Shown piece after piece: positions 38,993 to 48,946 of a stretch of 64,000 nucleotides of DNA (the stretch's first letter is position 1; the number at the start of each line of letters is the position of its first letter). The position numbers and the translations under genes are program-made. The stretch lies in the IMG/VR virus record IMGVR_UViG_3300009515_000001. The stretch is one strand, 5' to 3'. The notes under the pieces were generated by a model. It searched no databases. It worked only from the letters and a program-made list of their open reading frames with translations, and was not told the DNA's origin. The DNA is from a virus (lineage: Duplodnaviria; Heunggongvirae; Uroviricota; Caudoviricetes).

Positions 38993-39198
38993 TGGCAAAT
39001 CACATTAGTGTTTATCTAAATAAAGATCCAAGAAATCTAAAGGCAAAAGAAAAATCCAGAAAAATAAAAAAACAACCAAAGGCAAAAAAAGTTGAACCAG
39101 ATGAACCGAAAACATTCTTTGATCCTAAAAACATTCCAAAATTAAAAAAAATCCAAAACAAGATCGAATCAATGCAAATTCCTAAGAAGTGGGAATGA
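38992..39198 (+). CDS. small basic protein
   Basis: ORF track. Confidence 0.4.
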   Translation: MANHISVYLNKDPRNLKAKEKSRKIKKQPKAKKVEPDEPKTFFDPKNIPKLKKIQNKIESMQIPKKWE

Positions 39199-39446
39199 TG
39201 AGAAAGATAAACCCTAAAACATATTCATTAATTAAAGCAGAAAAAGAGTTAGAAAAAATAAATCAAAGAATAGTAAAGAACACAGAACAAATAATGACAC
39301 TAAAAAAATTAACCGAAAAATCAGAAGAAACAATATGTCAAGTTATTGCAAGAAAGATCTATATCAAATCAATACTTACTCAAAAGAAAAAATTTGTAAA
39401 AAGATATACAAAAATACGAGAGATCGATAGGTTGCTAAAACAATGA
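39189..39446 (+). CDS. small coiled-coil protein
   Basis: ORF track. Confidence 0.4.
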   Translation: MGMMRKINPKTYSLIKAEKELEKINQRIVKNTEQIMTLKKLTEKSEETICQVIARKIYIKSILTQKKKFVKRYTKIREIDRLLKQ

Positions 39447-39783
39447 CAGACCAACTTTTCTTCAAACTTCCCTGTCAATGGTGCGGAACAATAGTGCATG
39501 AAAAAATTCCAACACCAGCAAAAGACGATGGTTTTATTATTACTTGCCAAAGATGTCAGAAAACAGTCCTAGAATTTCATTGGCATGAGATAGATGAATG
39601 AGGTTCAAGATCGTGAAGTTATCGGAAGTTTTAAAAAATAAGAAACTAACATTTTTACCAGAAGATTACATTGAAGAAAATTAAGTGTATAAATTGCGGA
39701 AAAACATTTCCACCAAAATGGGGAACTTTGGAGTTGGAAAAACATAGTTCAACACATTATTTCAAGGGATACGAGATGATCGA

Positions 39784-40029
39784 ATGAAGTTAAGTGACGA
39801 AGAAAAAAACTTGGGAAAAACAATTTTTGAACACATGTTAAAAAATTCAAAACTAAGTAAAGATGAATTAATTAAAAATTGGAAAGATAACAATCTAAAT
39901 CCTGATAAACCATTTTGCGGTCCATGTATGATAGGAAACCATAACAAATGTACTTTTAAAAAAGACAAGCGAAGAAAATGTAATTGCAAACAGTGTACTG
40001 TTTCATATATTTCAAAAAAATGGAGTTAA
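39784..40029 (+). CDS. Cys-rich zinc-binding protein
   Basis: CGPC...HNKC...CNCKQC. Confidence 0.4.
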   Translation: MKLSDEEKNLGKTIFEHMLKNSKLSKDELIKNWKDNNLNPDKPFCGPCMIGNHNKCTFKKDKRRKCNCKQCTVSYISKKWS

Positions 40030-40030
40030 A

Positions 40031-40759
40031 ATGAAAGACACAGCTATTGAATGGGCAGAAAACACAATCAACTTCTACATGGGATGTACTAAGGTTTCAC
40101 CAGGTTGTACTAATTGTTACATGTATAGGCTTATGCCAAGATTCGGTAGAGATCCAAATGTAGTTAATAAAATGAATTTTAAAAATATAGAAAAGAATTT
40201 AAAAAAATGGAATCCATCAAGAATTTTTGTAAACTCAATGTCTGATACTTTTCACAAAGATATTACAGATCAGGAGATAAATCAAATGTTTTCACTTATG
40301 GAACAGTATGATAAACATCAATACCTTGTATTAACAAAAAGAATTCAGCGAGCTTACGAATATTTCAAAGGAATTAAAATACCAGATAACATTTGGATAG
40401 GAACATCAGTTGAAAGTGAAAAATATGCAGATAGGATAGATCATTTAAGAAAAATAAACGCAAAGATTCACTTTGTAAGTTTTGAACCACTTCTAAATGA
40501 GATGATTAATTTCAATTTAGACAATATCCAATGGGTAATAGTTGGAGGTGAATCAGATCCTAAACCAAGAGGAATGAGATCTGAATGGGTTGATAAGATT
40601 TTTGACAAGTGTAGAGAAAAACAAATTCCATTTTTCTTCAAACAGTGGGGTGGAAAATCAAAATGCAAATGTCATAAAGCTTGGGGATGCAGAATTTACA
40701 AAGAAAAAACTTGGGATCAAATTCCAACTGATTTATTTTTTATTGAGGTAAACCAGTAA
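40031..40759 (+). CDS. phage Gp37/Gp68 family protein (DUF5131-like)
   Basis: N-terminal IEWAENT...GCTKVSPGCTNCYM matches the family's IEWT...GC...GC.nCY signature. Confidence 0.55.
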   Translation: MKDTAIEWAENTINFYMGCTKVSPGCTNCYMYRLMPRFGRDPNVVNKMNFKNIEKNLKKWNPSRIFVNSMSDTFHKDITDQEINQMFSLMEQYDKHQYLVLTKRIQRAYEYFKGIKIPDNIWIGTSVESEKYADRIDHLRKINAKIHFVSFEPLLNEMINFNLDNIQWVIVGGESDPKPRGMRSEWVDKIFDKCREKQIPFFFKQWGGKSKCKCHKAWGCRIYKEKTWDQIPTDLFFIEVNQ

Positions 40760-41007
40760 TGCCAGCTACTTGTAGAGGACTTTGCAACAGATTAGAAATG
40801 CCAAAACCACTTAAGAGAGGTGGTTTCTATCGAAATGGTTTCAAACGTTGTAGCTATTGTGTCTGGTGGATGAGTGTCGAGGAATTAAAAAGATTAGGAT
40901 ACAAGCCAAACAGATGTCCATGTTGCAATTTATTATTAAAAAAACGACCAAACAAAAAGGAGTTCAAGAAAAAATATGACAAAACCATGCAAGTGCTGTC
41001 AGGGTAA
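40759..41007 (+). CDS. zinc-ribbon protein
   Basis: CRGLC...CSYC...CPCC. Confidence 0.45.
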   Translation: MPATCRGLCNRLEMPKPLKRGGFYRNGFKRCSYCVWWMSVEELKRLGYKPNRCPCCNLLLKKRPNKKEFKKKYDKTMQVLSG

Positions 41008-41081
41008 ATATGAATGTCCTGATTGCGTTTTCAGCTTTGAAAACAAACAAGACTTAAAAATACATAGTTATAATCATCTTA

Positions 41082-41336
41082 ATGTTCGGAAGGGAACAAA
41101 AGATCAAACTAAACCATGAAGAAACAATTATGTTTGAAGAATTATGGCAGATATACCAGAATGAAAAATCACTTGGTATAGAAAATTTTCCAGAACCACC
41201 AGAAGATATGTTTAACCATTACATTGAATATCTAGCATTAAAGTATAGGTTCGATCCAAACAACTTTACTATTCACAACCACAAAGGAAAGTTTCTACAT
41301 TCAAGAGTTGAAAGGGCAAAGGAATCTGTAAATTGA
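41082..41336 (+). CDS. small protein
   Basis: ORF track. Confidence 0.4.
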   Translation: MFGREQKIKLNHEETIMFEELWQIYQNEKSLGIENFPEPPEDMFNHYIEYLALKYRFDPNNFTIHNHKGKFLHSRVERAKESVN

Positions 41337-41905
41337 ACTGGTTTGCTGTAATTTGGTTTGGGATTGGTGCGGCATTAATTGGAATTATGCTTTTTGCATA
41401 TACACTACCAGAAGATCCACAACCACACCCCACAAGGTCTGAAAAATCTGCAAGATTATACTGGCAACCGATAGTTCAAGAGATGTCATGTGTTGAATTA
41501 AAACAAATTTTAGATGAAGATAACGATAACAGGTTTAACCCATTTCCTAACATGGAAGTTACAGAAAATGTAAAAAGACAATTTACAAGATGGGAGTACA
41601 TGGATTATGAAAAAATATTTCCTTCCCCAAGAGGAAGAGAGTGTATTGAAGAACTTGGTTATCCAAGAGATGCACCTGCATATTGTCAAGAATATAGAAG
41701 ATATTGTTATGCGTATAACTTTACAAGATCAGATGAACCTAAGAGATGGTTAGAAGATAATCCACAATTAAAAACAATGTGGTTTCCCAAAGACTGGTTT
41801 TACACCGATCCATTTACAATGGAAAAATATACTGAACCAAATGAATTTTTATCAAAGTACAGACCTGATTTAGATCACTATAATGGAGTAATTAGAGATG
41901 ACTAA
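41333..41905 (+). CDS. N-terminally anchored Cys-containing protein
   Basis: ORF track; TM at N-terminus. Confidence 0.5.
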   Translation: MNWFAVIWFGIGAALIGIMLFAYTLPEDPQPHPTRSEKSARLYWQPIVQEMSCVELKQILDEDNDNRFNPFPNMEVTENVKRQFTRWEYMDYEKIFPSPRGRECIEELGYPRDAPAYCQEYRRYCYAYNFTRSDEPKRWLEDNPQLKTMWFPKDWFYTDPFTMEKYTEPNEFLSKYRPDLDHYNGVIRDD

Positions 41906-42186
41906 AAAATGAGTACAAGAATATGTTTTAATTGTCATCATGTTACTGATCAATCTGAAGTGAATTGCTATTTCTGTGGGGTTACATTTGATGACTGAAT
42001 GGTATGATCAAGCATTAAAATTGACTAAGATCGATCCAAGTTTTTCAAAAGAATTAAACTTTATAGCAAAAGAAATTACATCGCAAAGCTGAATAATACA
42101 TATTAACAGTGGTTATTAATGAAAAGATTATGTGCAGTTTGCTTGGAAGCAAAAGACGATACAAAATTTGTAGAAGGTGTTAGGAA

Positions 42187-42399
42187 ATGTGCGAGTTGTG
42201 TCCACAATGGGTGGTCAAGGAAGATTTCACCAGAAAACATGGAAGTAACTACTCCCTCAATTCAGGACTTGAAGAGGAAGTGGGAAAGACGATAGATGAG
42301 CATGATCCATGCAAACATTTTTCAGTTTCTAGATTACAGAACGGAAATTTTTATTGTCATCAATGTCAGCAAGAACTAAAATTAATTCTGAATAACTAA
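42187..42399 (+). CDS. small Cys/His protein
   Basis: ORF track. Confidence 0.35.
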   Translation: MCELCPQWVVKEDFTRKHGSNYSLNSGLEEEVGKTIDEHDPCKHFSVSRLQNGNFYCHQCQQELKLILNN

Positions 42400-42755
42400 T
42401 GCCATTTTTCCATTTTGCTGAAAAAGATAAGGTAGCTGACAGTAGAATTGGTTTTAGAAAAGAGATCAAATGTGAAAAATGTGATTATTTTGCAATAAAC
42501 TTAAAAGATTTAAAATCACATGTTAGAGAGGTTCATGCCTATTGACATGTGGTAAAGAAGGATGTCTAAAAAATACAAGATGGCCTAACAAACATGAGTG
42601 TTGGAGAAATGGGTTTTGTCCTGATCATTATTGGGGAGATTCCAATTGGAGATACAGAAAAAAAAGATTTAGGTCAAGAGAATTTCCAGGTGTAGAATAA
42701 TTCACGCCTGGCTTTAACAAAAAACCTTAACTACCAATTTTGTTTTACCTGGATA

Positions 42756-43058
42756 ATGGAAAGTGATTTTTTAACAAAGCCAGAAATCTTTGATAAATAT
42801 CCAGAAGAATTAACCTTTGATGAGTTTGATAGTATTAAATGGGATTTTGAAAAGCAATTTGGTTTAAATGATGACAGACCATGTGGAGAAATTTGTGAAT
42901 CAATTTTTGATCACATGAAAAAATTAGATGGATCATACGTGCTATACACACAAGTTGATGGAGATGATGGTGACAGAATTTATGAAAAAGGAAATCATTT
43001 GGTAAACAGAACTGGTATTTGGTGGGTTGTAAAATCAAAGGAGATTGAAAAAAAATGA
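42756..43058 (+). CDS. small acidic protein
   Basis: ORF track. Confidence 0.4.
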   Translation: MESDFLTKPEIFDKYPEELTFDEFDSIKWDFEKQFGLNDDRPCGEICESIFDHMKKLDGSYVLYTQVDGDDGDRIYEKGNHLVNRTGIWWVVKSKEIEKK

Positions 43059-43552
43059 AATCAGTGATGAATGGCGAATGTGTTTATCCAGTTAAAGAAG
43101 ATGACCGAAGAATAACAGTAACTGACAAAGACATCAAAAAAATGAAAGACCTTAGAAGGAAAGGTCTTTCCTATGACATGATTGCAGAATTATTAAAAAG
43201 ACAAAAAAATGTAGTAAAGTCTTATCTTCAAGAAGATTTTAGTAAAAATTTTACAAGGTATGTTGTAAAAAGTAATTCAAAAAGATATGCAAATGACAAA
43301 AAATTTAGAGAAACAATCAAAAAAACTGTAAGAAAAAATCAGAAAAAAAGATATGAAAATGACATTGAATATAGGATTTATATTGCATGTAAAAAACTTG
43401 GCTGTAAGTTTGTTAAAGAAAGATTTGGTTCTCTTGAAAGATATAGAGAATATAGGATAAAATTATTCAAGCTTGAAAAAGATCCAAAGATTAACAAACC
43501 TAAATACTTGGAATTGAGAAGGGAATTAAGAAAGAGGTATCATATTGGTTAA
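43055..43552 (+). CDS. basic protein with HTH-like segment (LRRKGLSYDMIAELLKRQKNVVKSYL)
   Basis: Motif read from translation. Confidence 0.45.
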   Translation: MKSVMNGECVYPVKEDDRRITVTDKDIKKMKDLRRKGLSYDMIAELLKRQKNVVKSYLQEDFSKNFTRYVVKSNSKRYANDKKFRETIKKTVRKNQKKRYENDIEYRIYIACKKLGCKFVKERFGSLERYREYRIKLFKLEKDPKINKPKYLELRRELRKRYHIG

Positions 43553-43790
43553 AGATTACGTTCCAGCCATGACTAGTGTTTTTCCAGTTAACGGAACATT
43601 AGCTGAAAAAATACAGTTTCTAAAAAGACAGGTTTCAGAATTAGAACAGCAAAAAAAATGCTATGACAAAATGATCCGAGATAGAAAAAAAACTATTAAA
43701 CAACTACAAAAACACATAGGATTCATTGATGTTATACCGATGGTATTCAAATGTCCAGTTAAAAAGAAGAGGCCGAGAAAAAGAAAATGA
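43545..43790 (+). CDS. small coiled-coil basic protein
   Basis: ORF track. Confidence 0.4.
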   Translation: MVKDYVPAMTSVFPVNGTLAEKIQFLKRQVSELEQQKKCYDKMIRDRKKTIKQLQKHIGFIDVIPMVFKCPVKKKRPRKRK

Positions 43791-44005
43791 GTGAAATAGT
43801 TGGTAATGAATCAGTCTTAATTCCAATCTGGAAACAATGTCCAAAATGCAAGTCAGTTGATATTACAGTTCAAGAAACTGGACATTATTCTGAAACTTTC
43901 AAGTATGGTGTTTTGATTGGAAGAAACGTAGAGTTTGCAAAGCTGGGACCTACAATAACAACTTGCGAAAAATGTGGACATGAAGAAGAGGAAGATGTGA
44001 ATTGA
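43787..44005 (+). CDS. zinc-ribbon protein
   Basis: CPKCKS...CEKCGH. Confidence 0.45.
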   Translation: MSEIVGNESVLIPIWKQCPKCKSVDITVQETGHYSETFKYGVLIGRNVEFAKLGPTITTCEKCGHEEEEDVN

Positions 44006-44236
44006 GGTTTGAAGTTTTGAAAAGAATATGGGAAATGCTGGATGAGGGTTATTCAGGAAAAGAGATCGCCAATTTTTTTTATATAAATCCAGATATTATC
44101 GATTCGATAATTGAATTAAAAAAAGCAAAGGTAAACTTGGATGTGTACGCATGAGGTGTCACGATTGCAACTCAAATCATTTGTTAATCAATCCAGATAA
44201 AACAATAACCTGTCGTCAATGTGGTGGAAATGAGGC

Positions 44237-44428
44237 ATGGTCAAGATAATTAGTATTAACGAGTTTTTCAAAAGAGAAAAAATATTTGAAAAATGCTTCA
44301 GGTGTGGATATAAAAGATATAATGAATTCTATGTAGCAGAACATCTTTTTCGGGTTTGTAGCAAATGTTTGAAAGAAAAGAAAGTGCAAGATCATTTTAG
44401 GAGATTAAAGGAGTTTAACAATGGATAA
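44237..44428 (+). CDS. zinc-ribbon protein
   Basis: CFRCGY...CSKC. Confidence 0.4.
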   Translation: MVKIISINEFFKREKIFEKCFRCGYKRYNEFYVAEHLFRVCSKCLKEKKVQDHFRRLKEFNNG

Positions 44429-44741
44429 GATTAACGTAACAGCTTATAAGATTAACGTAACAGCTTCTGGTGACGGTAAAAACAGGGATAAGCTAACAAG
44501 AAATTCTGATTATGTCGCACTACTAACCGAAAATTTTCATAAAAACGACAAATGCTTGGGTGAAATGCGAGATGCAAAAGCCATGAACATACCAATGTAT
44601 GCAATTGTAAAACATGGTGACATTATTCCAAAATGGATTTTACAAATGCCTTGGCGCAAAATGATTTACTTTAATGGTGAAGATGATATGCAGATAGTTG
44701 CAAAAATATTGATCAAAGAAATCCAAGAAGGAAAAAGATGA
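44421..44741 (+). CDS. small protein, possibly nucleoside 2-deoxyribosyltransferase-like fold; immediately upstream of C5-MTase
   Basis: SDYVALL...GEMRDAKAMNIPMYAIV loosely fits the D..A.l...G..E.G.A.a.g.P family pattern; weak. Confidence 0.4.
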   Translation: MDKINVTAYKINVTASGDGKNRDKLTRNSDYVALLTENFHKNDKCLGEMRDAKAMNIPMYAIVKHGDIIPKWILQMPWRKMIYFNGEDDMQIVAKILIKEIQEGKR

Positions 44742-45527
44742 AATGTTTTTCATTGTTCACAGGTATAGGCGGTTTCGATCTTGCATTAAAAAATTTAGGG
44801 CATGAGATTGTAGGTGCATGTGAAATTGACAGAAACGCTAGACGAGTTTATTCCGAACACTTCCCAAATGTCCGAATCTGGGAAGATGCTACAAAAATTA
44901 ATCCAAGAGAACTCCCCGATTTCGATCTCCTTTGTGCAGGATTTCCTTGCCAATCTTTTTCAATCGCTGGAAAAAGGAGAGGATTCGATGATCTACGAGG
45001 CACAGTATTTTTTGAAATTGCAAGAATCGTTAAAGAAAAACGGCCTAAACTACTTTTGCTTGAAAACGTTGCAGGGATTCTCAATCACGACAAAGGGGAA
45101 ACGTTCCAAATTATCCTCGAAACGCTTTCTGAATTACGGTATTGTATCCAATGGGAAGTGCTTGACAGCAGATATTTTGTTCCACAAGCAAGGAAACGTA
45201 TCTTCATTATTGGAAATCTTGGAGAAGAACCCATCAGAAAAGTATTACCTATCGGAGAAATATCTGACTTATTTGAAAAGGAATCTACCACCTACCTCCC
45301 TTCACTTACTGCAAGTGACTACAAAGGACCGAGTAAACAACGTATCGCCAACATCATTGTCGAAGAAGAAAGTTAGAGTTAGAAGATTAACACCATTAGA
45401 GTGTGAAAGATTACAAGGACTGCCTGATAATTACACTGATTTGATTGCAGATGGTCCAAGATGGAAAGCACTTGGAAACTCCGTTACGATACCTGTGGTT
45501 GAGTATGTAGTTAAAAACATAAGCTAA
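44738..45527 (+). CDS. DNA (cytosine-5)-methyltransferase interrupted by a 1-nt frameshift near 45350-45370
   Basis: Frame 1 (44738-45376): motif I FTGIGGF, IV FPCQSFS, VI ENVAG, VIII QARKR. Frame 2 continues RRLTPLECERLQGLPD ... GNSVTIPV (IX/X). Shift lies in the GAAGAAGAAAG run. Confidence 0.7.
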
Positions 45528-45557
45528 TTTAAATAGAATGATTATAACATAAATTTA

Positions 45558-45770
45558 ATGAAGTATTGCCTAAACTGTGAGCAAAACGTAGAACCAAAAC
45601 GACATTTCAATATGGCAATTCTCTTTATACTTTTACTTTTGGGAATTATTCCTGGAATTATCTATTATATTATTTTAGGTAAATCATGTCCAATGTGTAA
45701 TAGTAACAACTGGGGAATAAGGAAAAAACCAAAACCTGAAAAACAGCCAGAAGAATCAGAAGAACAATAA
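45558..45770 (+). CDS. zinc-ribbon/TM hairpin small protein
   Basis: CLNCEQ...TM...CPMCNS. Confidence 0.45.
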   Translation: MKYCLNCEQNVEPKRHFNMAILFILLLLGIIPGIIYYIILGKSCPMCNSNNWGIRKKPKPEKQPEESEEQ

Positions 45771-45806
45771 GCATATTAAAAAAGAATAAAAAATTCTAAT
45801 TAATAC

Positions 45807-46262
45807 ATGAGAATTGAAAGATCATGGGCTATGCCAAGCCATGAAACATTCAGTATTTTACCAATAAAGAAACTAATTAAAGAAGAACTTGGTGATTCTT
45901 ACATTGATCCTTTTCCATATCCGTTCAAAAGAGATGCCTTAGAATATCTAAAGACATTTGAAACTGAATCAGTTGGCAAACTAGCATTTGATCCACCATA
46001 TTCAGTTAGACAGCTTAAAGAAAAATACTCAAAAGCTGGTCTAAGTTATGAAACACGACCTACATACTGGAAAAACCTAAAGCAAGAGATCTCTCGAATT
46101 ATCAAACCAGGTGGCAAAGTAGTATCATTTGGTTGGAATAGTGGTGGTATTGGTATAACTTTGGGCTTTGAAATAACAAGAATACTTCTGGTAGCTCATG
46201 GTGGAATACACAACGATACGATCTGCACCGTTGAACGAAAGATTCAAGAACGATTAATGTAA
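45807..46262 (+). CDS. short DPPY-motif protein resembling the core of a beta-class N6A/N4C DNA methyltransferase
   Basis: LAFDPPYS followed by IIKPGGKVVSFG (post-IV RvLKpgG-like motif). Only 151 aa, possibly truncated. Confidence 0.45.
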   Translation: MRIERSWAMPSHETFSILPIKKLIKEELGDSYIDPFPYPFKRDALEYLKTFETESVGKLAFDPPYSVRQLKEKYSKAGLSYETRPTYWKNLKQEISRIIKPGGKVVSFGWNSGGIGITLGFEITRILLVAHGGIHNDTICTVERKIQERLM

Positions 46263-46409
46263 TGGTATAACAAGCAGATTGAATTCTAGAGTAGTAGATC
46301 TGTGGCACTTGCTTCTTGTGGAGTTGAAGCCAACGACTAGGGTGGATCGGTAACTGTTCGGTGAAGCCCTTCAACATCTTTTTAAATTAGAAGATTATAA
46401 CAAACTTGA

Positions 46410-47111
46410 TTGAAAACAATTCCCAACGATCACAAATCTGAAGCTGGTAAGTGGTATGATTTCGATGGACAGATTAAAGTCGAGGAAGTTGAAAAGGATT
46501 TTGACCAGTATGATCACAACGAAAAACAACCAGTTTATAGAATCTCACTAAAAATCCCATCAAAATATGCAGTTGGAATTCATAAAAAAGAATGTGTAAT
46601 TAGCGGCGTAGAAAGGAATTGGGCTACATATTACTATCAAGGTTTGAGTGATCCAATACCAAAAGCCATGATGAACATGTCCTCAAAAATTCGGGATTTA
46701 AATCGTCAGCTAAATGAACTAAAACAAAGAAACCACGCACTAGAATTACACTTTACAAGAACAAGATTTGAAGAAGATTTAGAGTATTCCCGAAGGAAAA
46801 AAGAAAAAGAGGAATGTCAATATTGTTACAAAGAGATTGAAAAAACAAAACAGATTGAAGGAAGAGATTGGTTCTACCTAAACGAAGATGGAATCATGCA
46901 CATTAATTGCGGTGTAAAATGCTTTGATTCAATCTGTACTGAATGTAACGCAGTCTTTGAAGCAGATTATTGTGAAGAAGATGGTTGTCCAAACTGTGAC
47001 GGAAGAATGAGATCTGCAAAGAAAAAAGAGATTAAGGAACATCTTGTGTATAACGCAATCAAACGTTACCTTCCAAATGAGCTACAAAACAAAGTAGTAA
47101 TGAAAGAATAG
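46410..47111 (+). CDS. Cys-rich multi-zinc-finger protein
   Basis: CQYCYKE...CGVKC...CTECN...CPNCDG. Confidence 0.5.
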   Translation: MKTIPNDHKSEAGKWYDFDGQIKVEEVEKDFDQYDHNEKQPVYRISLKIPSKYAVGIHKKECVISGVERNWATYYYQGLSDPIPKAMMNMSSKIRDLNRQLNELKQRNHALELHFTRTRFEEDLEYSRRKKEKEECQYCYKEIEKTKQIEGRDWFYLNEDGIMHINCGVKCFDSICTECNAVFEADYCEEDGCPNCDGRMRSAKKKEIKEHLVYNAIKRYLPNELQNKVVMKE

Positions 47112-47154
47112 ATCGCCAACACGCATTTATAATATCATTATAACACATTATTAA

Positions 47155-48912
47155 ATGATAATTGGGCATGACTTTGATAATAAAGCGATAAATATCGATG
47201 TTCAGCGTGTTGTGGAAGGAAGGTTGCTTTTCCAAGCCAACAGTGGCGGTGGTAAAAGCTACGCATTAAGAAAGTTTTGTGAGGTCACTCATGGTAAGGT
47301 TCAGCAGATCATTTTAGATGTAGAAGGTGAGTTTGCTTCACTTAGGGAGAAATTTGACTATATTTTAGTTGGAAAAGAAGGTGACATACCAGTTAACCTA
47401 AGAGCTTCAGAACTTTTGGCAAAAAGATTGTTAGAACTTAATACTTCAGCAATTATAGATCTTTATGAGCTAAAACACCATGAAAGGAAAAGATTTGTTA
47501 GAAATTTCCTAGATTCATTAATTAATTCACCAAAAGAGCTTTGGCACCCTTGTTTAGTTATAATTGATGAATGTCACATCTTTGCACCTGAAAAGACAAG
47601 TGGAGAATCAGAATCTCTTGATTCTGTAAAAGATTTAGCTACAAGGGGAAGAAAACGAGGATTTGCATTGGTAGCTGCAACACAAAGGCTTTCAAAGTTG
47701 AACAAAGACGTAGTTGCAGAACTAAATACAAAACTAATCGGTAGAAGCTCTCTTGATGTGGATATGAAACGTGCGGCATTTGAGCTTGGTTTTACCGATA
47801 AAAAAGATGTTTTGTCACTTAGAAATATGAACAAGGGAGAATTTTATGCTTTTGGACCTGCATTAACCAATGAAGTAACAAAAATAATGGTTGATAATGT
47901 TTTGACAACACACCCTGAAGCTGGTAAAACATACCAGAAAACCAAATCAGCGCCTGCTGAAAAAGTAAAAAGAGTGCTTGAAAAACTCAAAGATCTACCT
48001 GTTGAAGCAGAAGAAGAACTAAAGACACATGAAGATCTAAAGAGAAAAATTATCGAGTTAAAACGTGAAATTACAACTCTAAAACGAGCAAAACCCACTC
48101 AAAAAATAGATGAAAATCTGTTAAAAGAGCATTATGAAAGAGGCTATAAAGATGCTACAAAGCAAAGAAATGATAAATTACCAAGTATGATTAGGAGTAT
48201 TAACAGTGAATTAAAGGCAATCAACACTTTAAAACGACAAACTGAAATAACTTTAAAGAAATCTAACGAGAATCTTAGCTACATTCTTGGTTCAATGGAA
48301 TCATTAAAGCAAGTTTCAACACCTAAACAAAGAAAAATTAATTTAAAACCAGCACCATTAGGTTATGTAGGTAGTGTAGTTGCAACACAAGTTGGAATTC
48401 CACTTATTAAACAAACACCAGAACTAGAATCAGAATCAGAAATTGGAGCAGGACCAATAAAGATACTAAACGCAATAGCACAGTTTGATCCAAATCCAAT
48501 CTCTATTTATCAAACAGGAACTTTTGCTGGATATTCAGTTGGTTCAGGAACATGGACTAACTATATTTCAATACTAAAAAAGAATTATTTGATTAACAAA
48601 ACAGGTAAAATGCTAAGTTTAACTGAACAGGGAAGGGAAATGACAAAAGATATTGAACCACTTCCAACAGATCCAGATTCATTACTTCACATTTGGAAGA
48701 ATAAACTTCCAGCTGGACCAGCCAAGATCTTACAAGTTTTGTTTGATAATTATCCAGATTCAATAGAAAGGACTGAACTTGCAGATAGATCGGGATATTC
48801 TTTTGGTTCAGGAACATGGACAAATTACATATCCATTCTTAGAAAGAATCACCTAATAGAAGATGATTCGGGAAATTATAAGGTATCAAAAACTTTGTTT
48901 CCACTTCAATAA
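47155..48912 (+). CDS. HerA/FtsK-superfamily (DUF87-like) P-loop ATPase with two C-terminal repeated winged-helix-like modules
   Basis: IGHD...RLLFQANSGGGKSY (Walker A), VIIDECH (Walker B), ATQRLSKL. Repeats GYSVGSGTWTNYISILKKNYLI and GYSFGSGTWTNYISILRKNHLI. Confidence 0.7.
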   Translation: MIIGHDFDNKAINIDVQRVVEGRLLFQANSGGGKSYALRKFCEVTHGKVQQIILDVEGEFASLREKFDYILVGKEGDIPVNLRASELLAKRLLELNTSAIIDLYELKHHERKRFVRNFLDSLINSPKELWHPCLVIIDECHIFAPEKTSGESESLDSVKDLATRGRKRGFALVAATQRLSKLNKDVVAELNTKLIGRSSLDVDMKRAAFELGFTDKKDVLSLRNMNKGEFYAFGPALTNEVTKIMVDNVLTTHPEAGKTYQKTKSAPAEKVKRVLEKLKDLPVEAEEELKTHEDLKRKIIELKREITTLKRAKPTQKIDENLLKEHYERGYKDATKQRNDKLPSMIRSINSELKAINTLKRQTEITLKKSNENLSYILGSMESLKQVSTPKQRKINLKPAPLGYVGSVVATQVGIPLIKQTPELESESEIGAGPIKILNAIAQFDPNPISIYQTGTFAGYSVGSGTWTNYISILKKNYLINKTGKMLSLTEQGREMTKDIEPLPTDPDSLLHIWKNKLPAGPAKILQVLFDNYPDSIERTELADRSGYSFGSGTWTNYISILRKNHLIEDDSGNYKVSKTLFPLQ

Positions 48913-48946
48913 AATTAAAAACAAGTAATACAAAGAATCTAACAGT

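Noticed and set aside
44814-45527. 237-aa ORF treated as an independent gene
   Set aside because: Only its last about 55 residues, the MTase motifs IX/X, look protein-like. The rest is the +1 frame of the C5-MTase, so it is interpreted as the downstream part of a frameshifted MTase.
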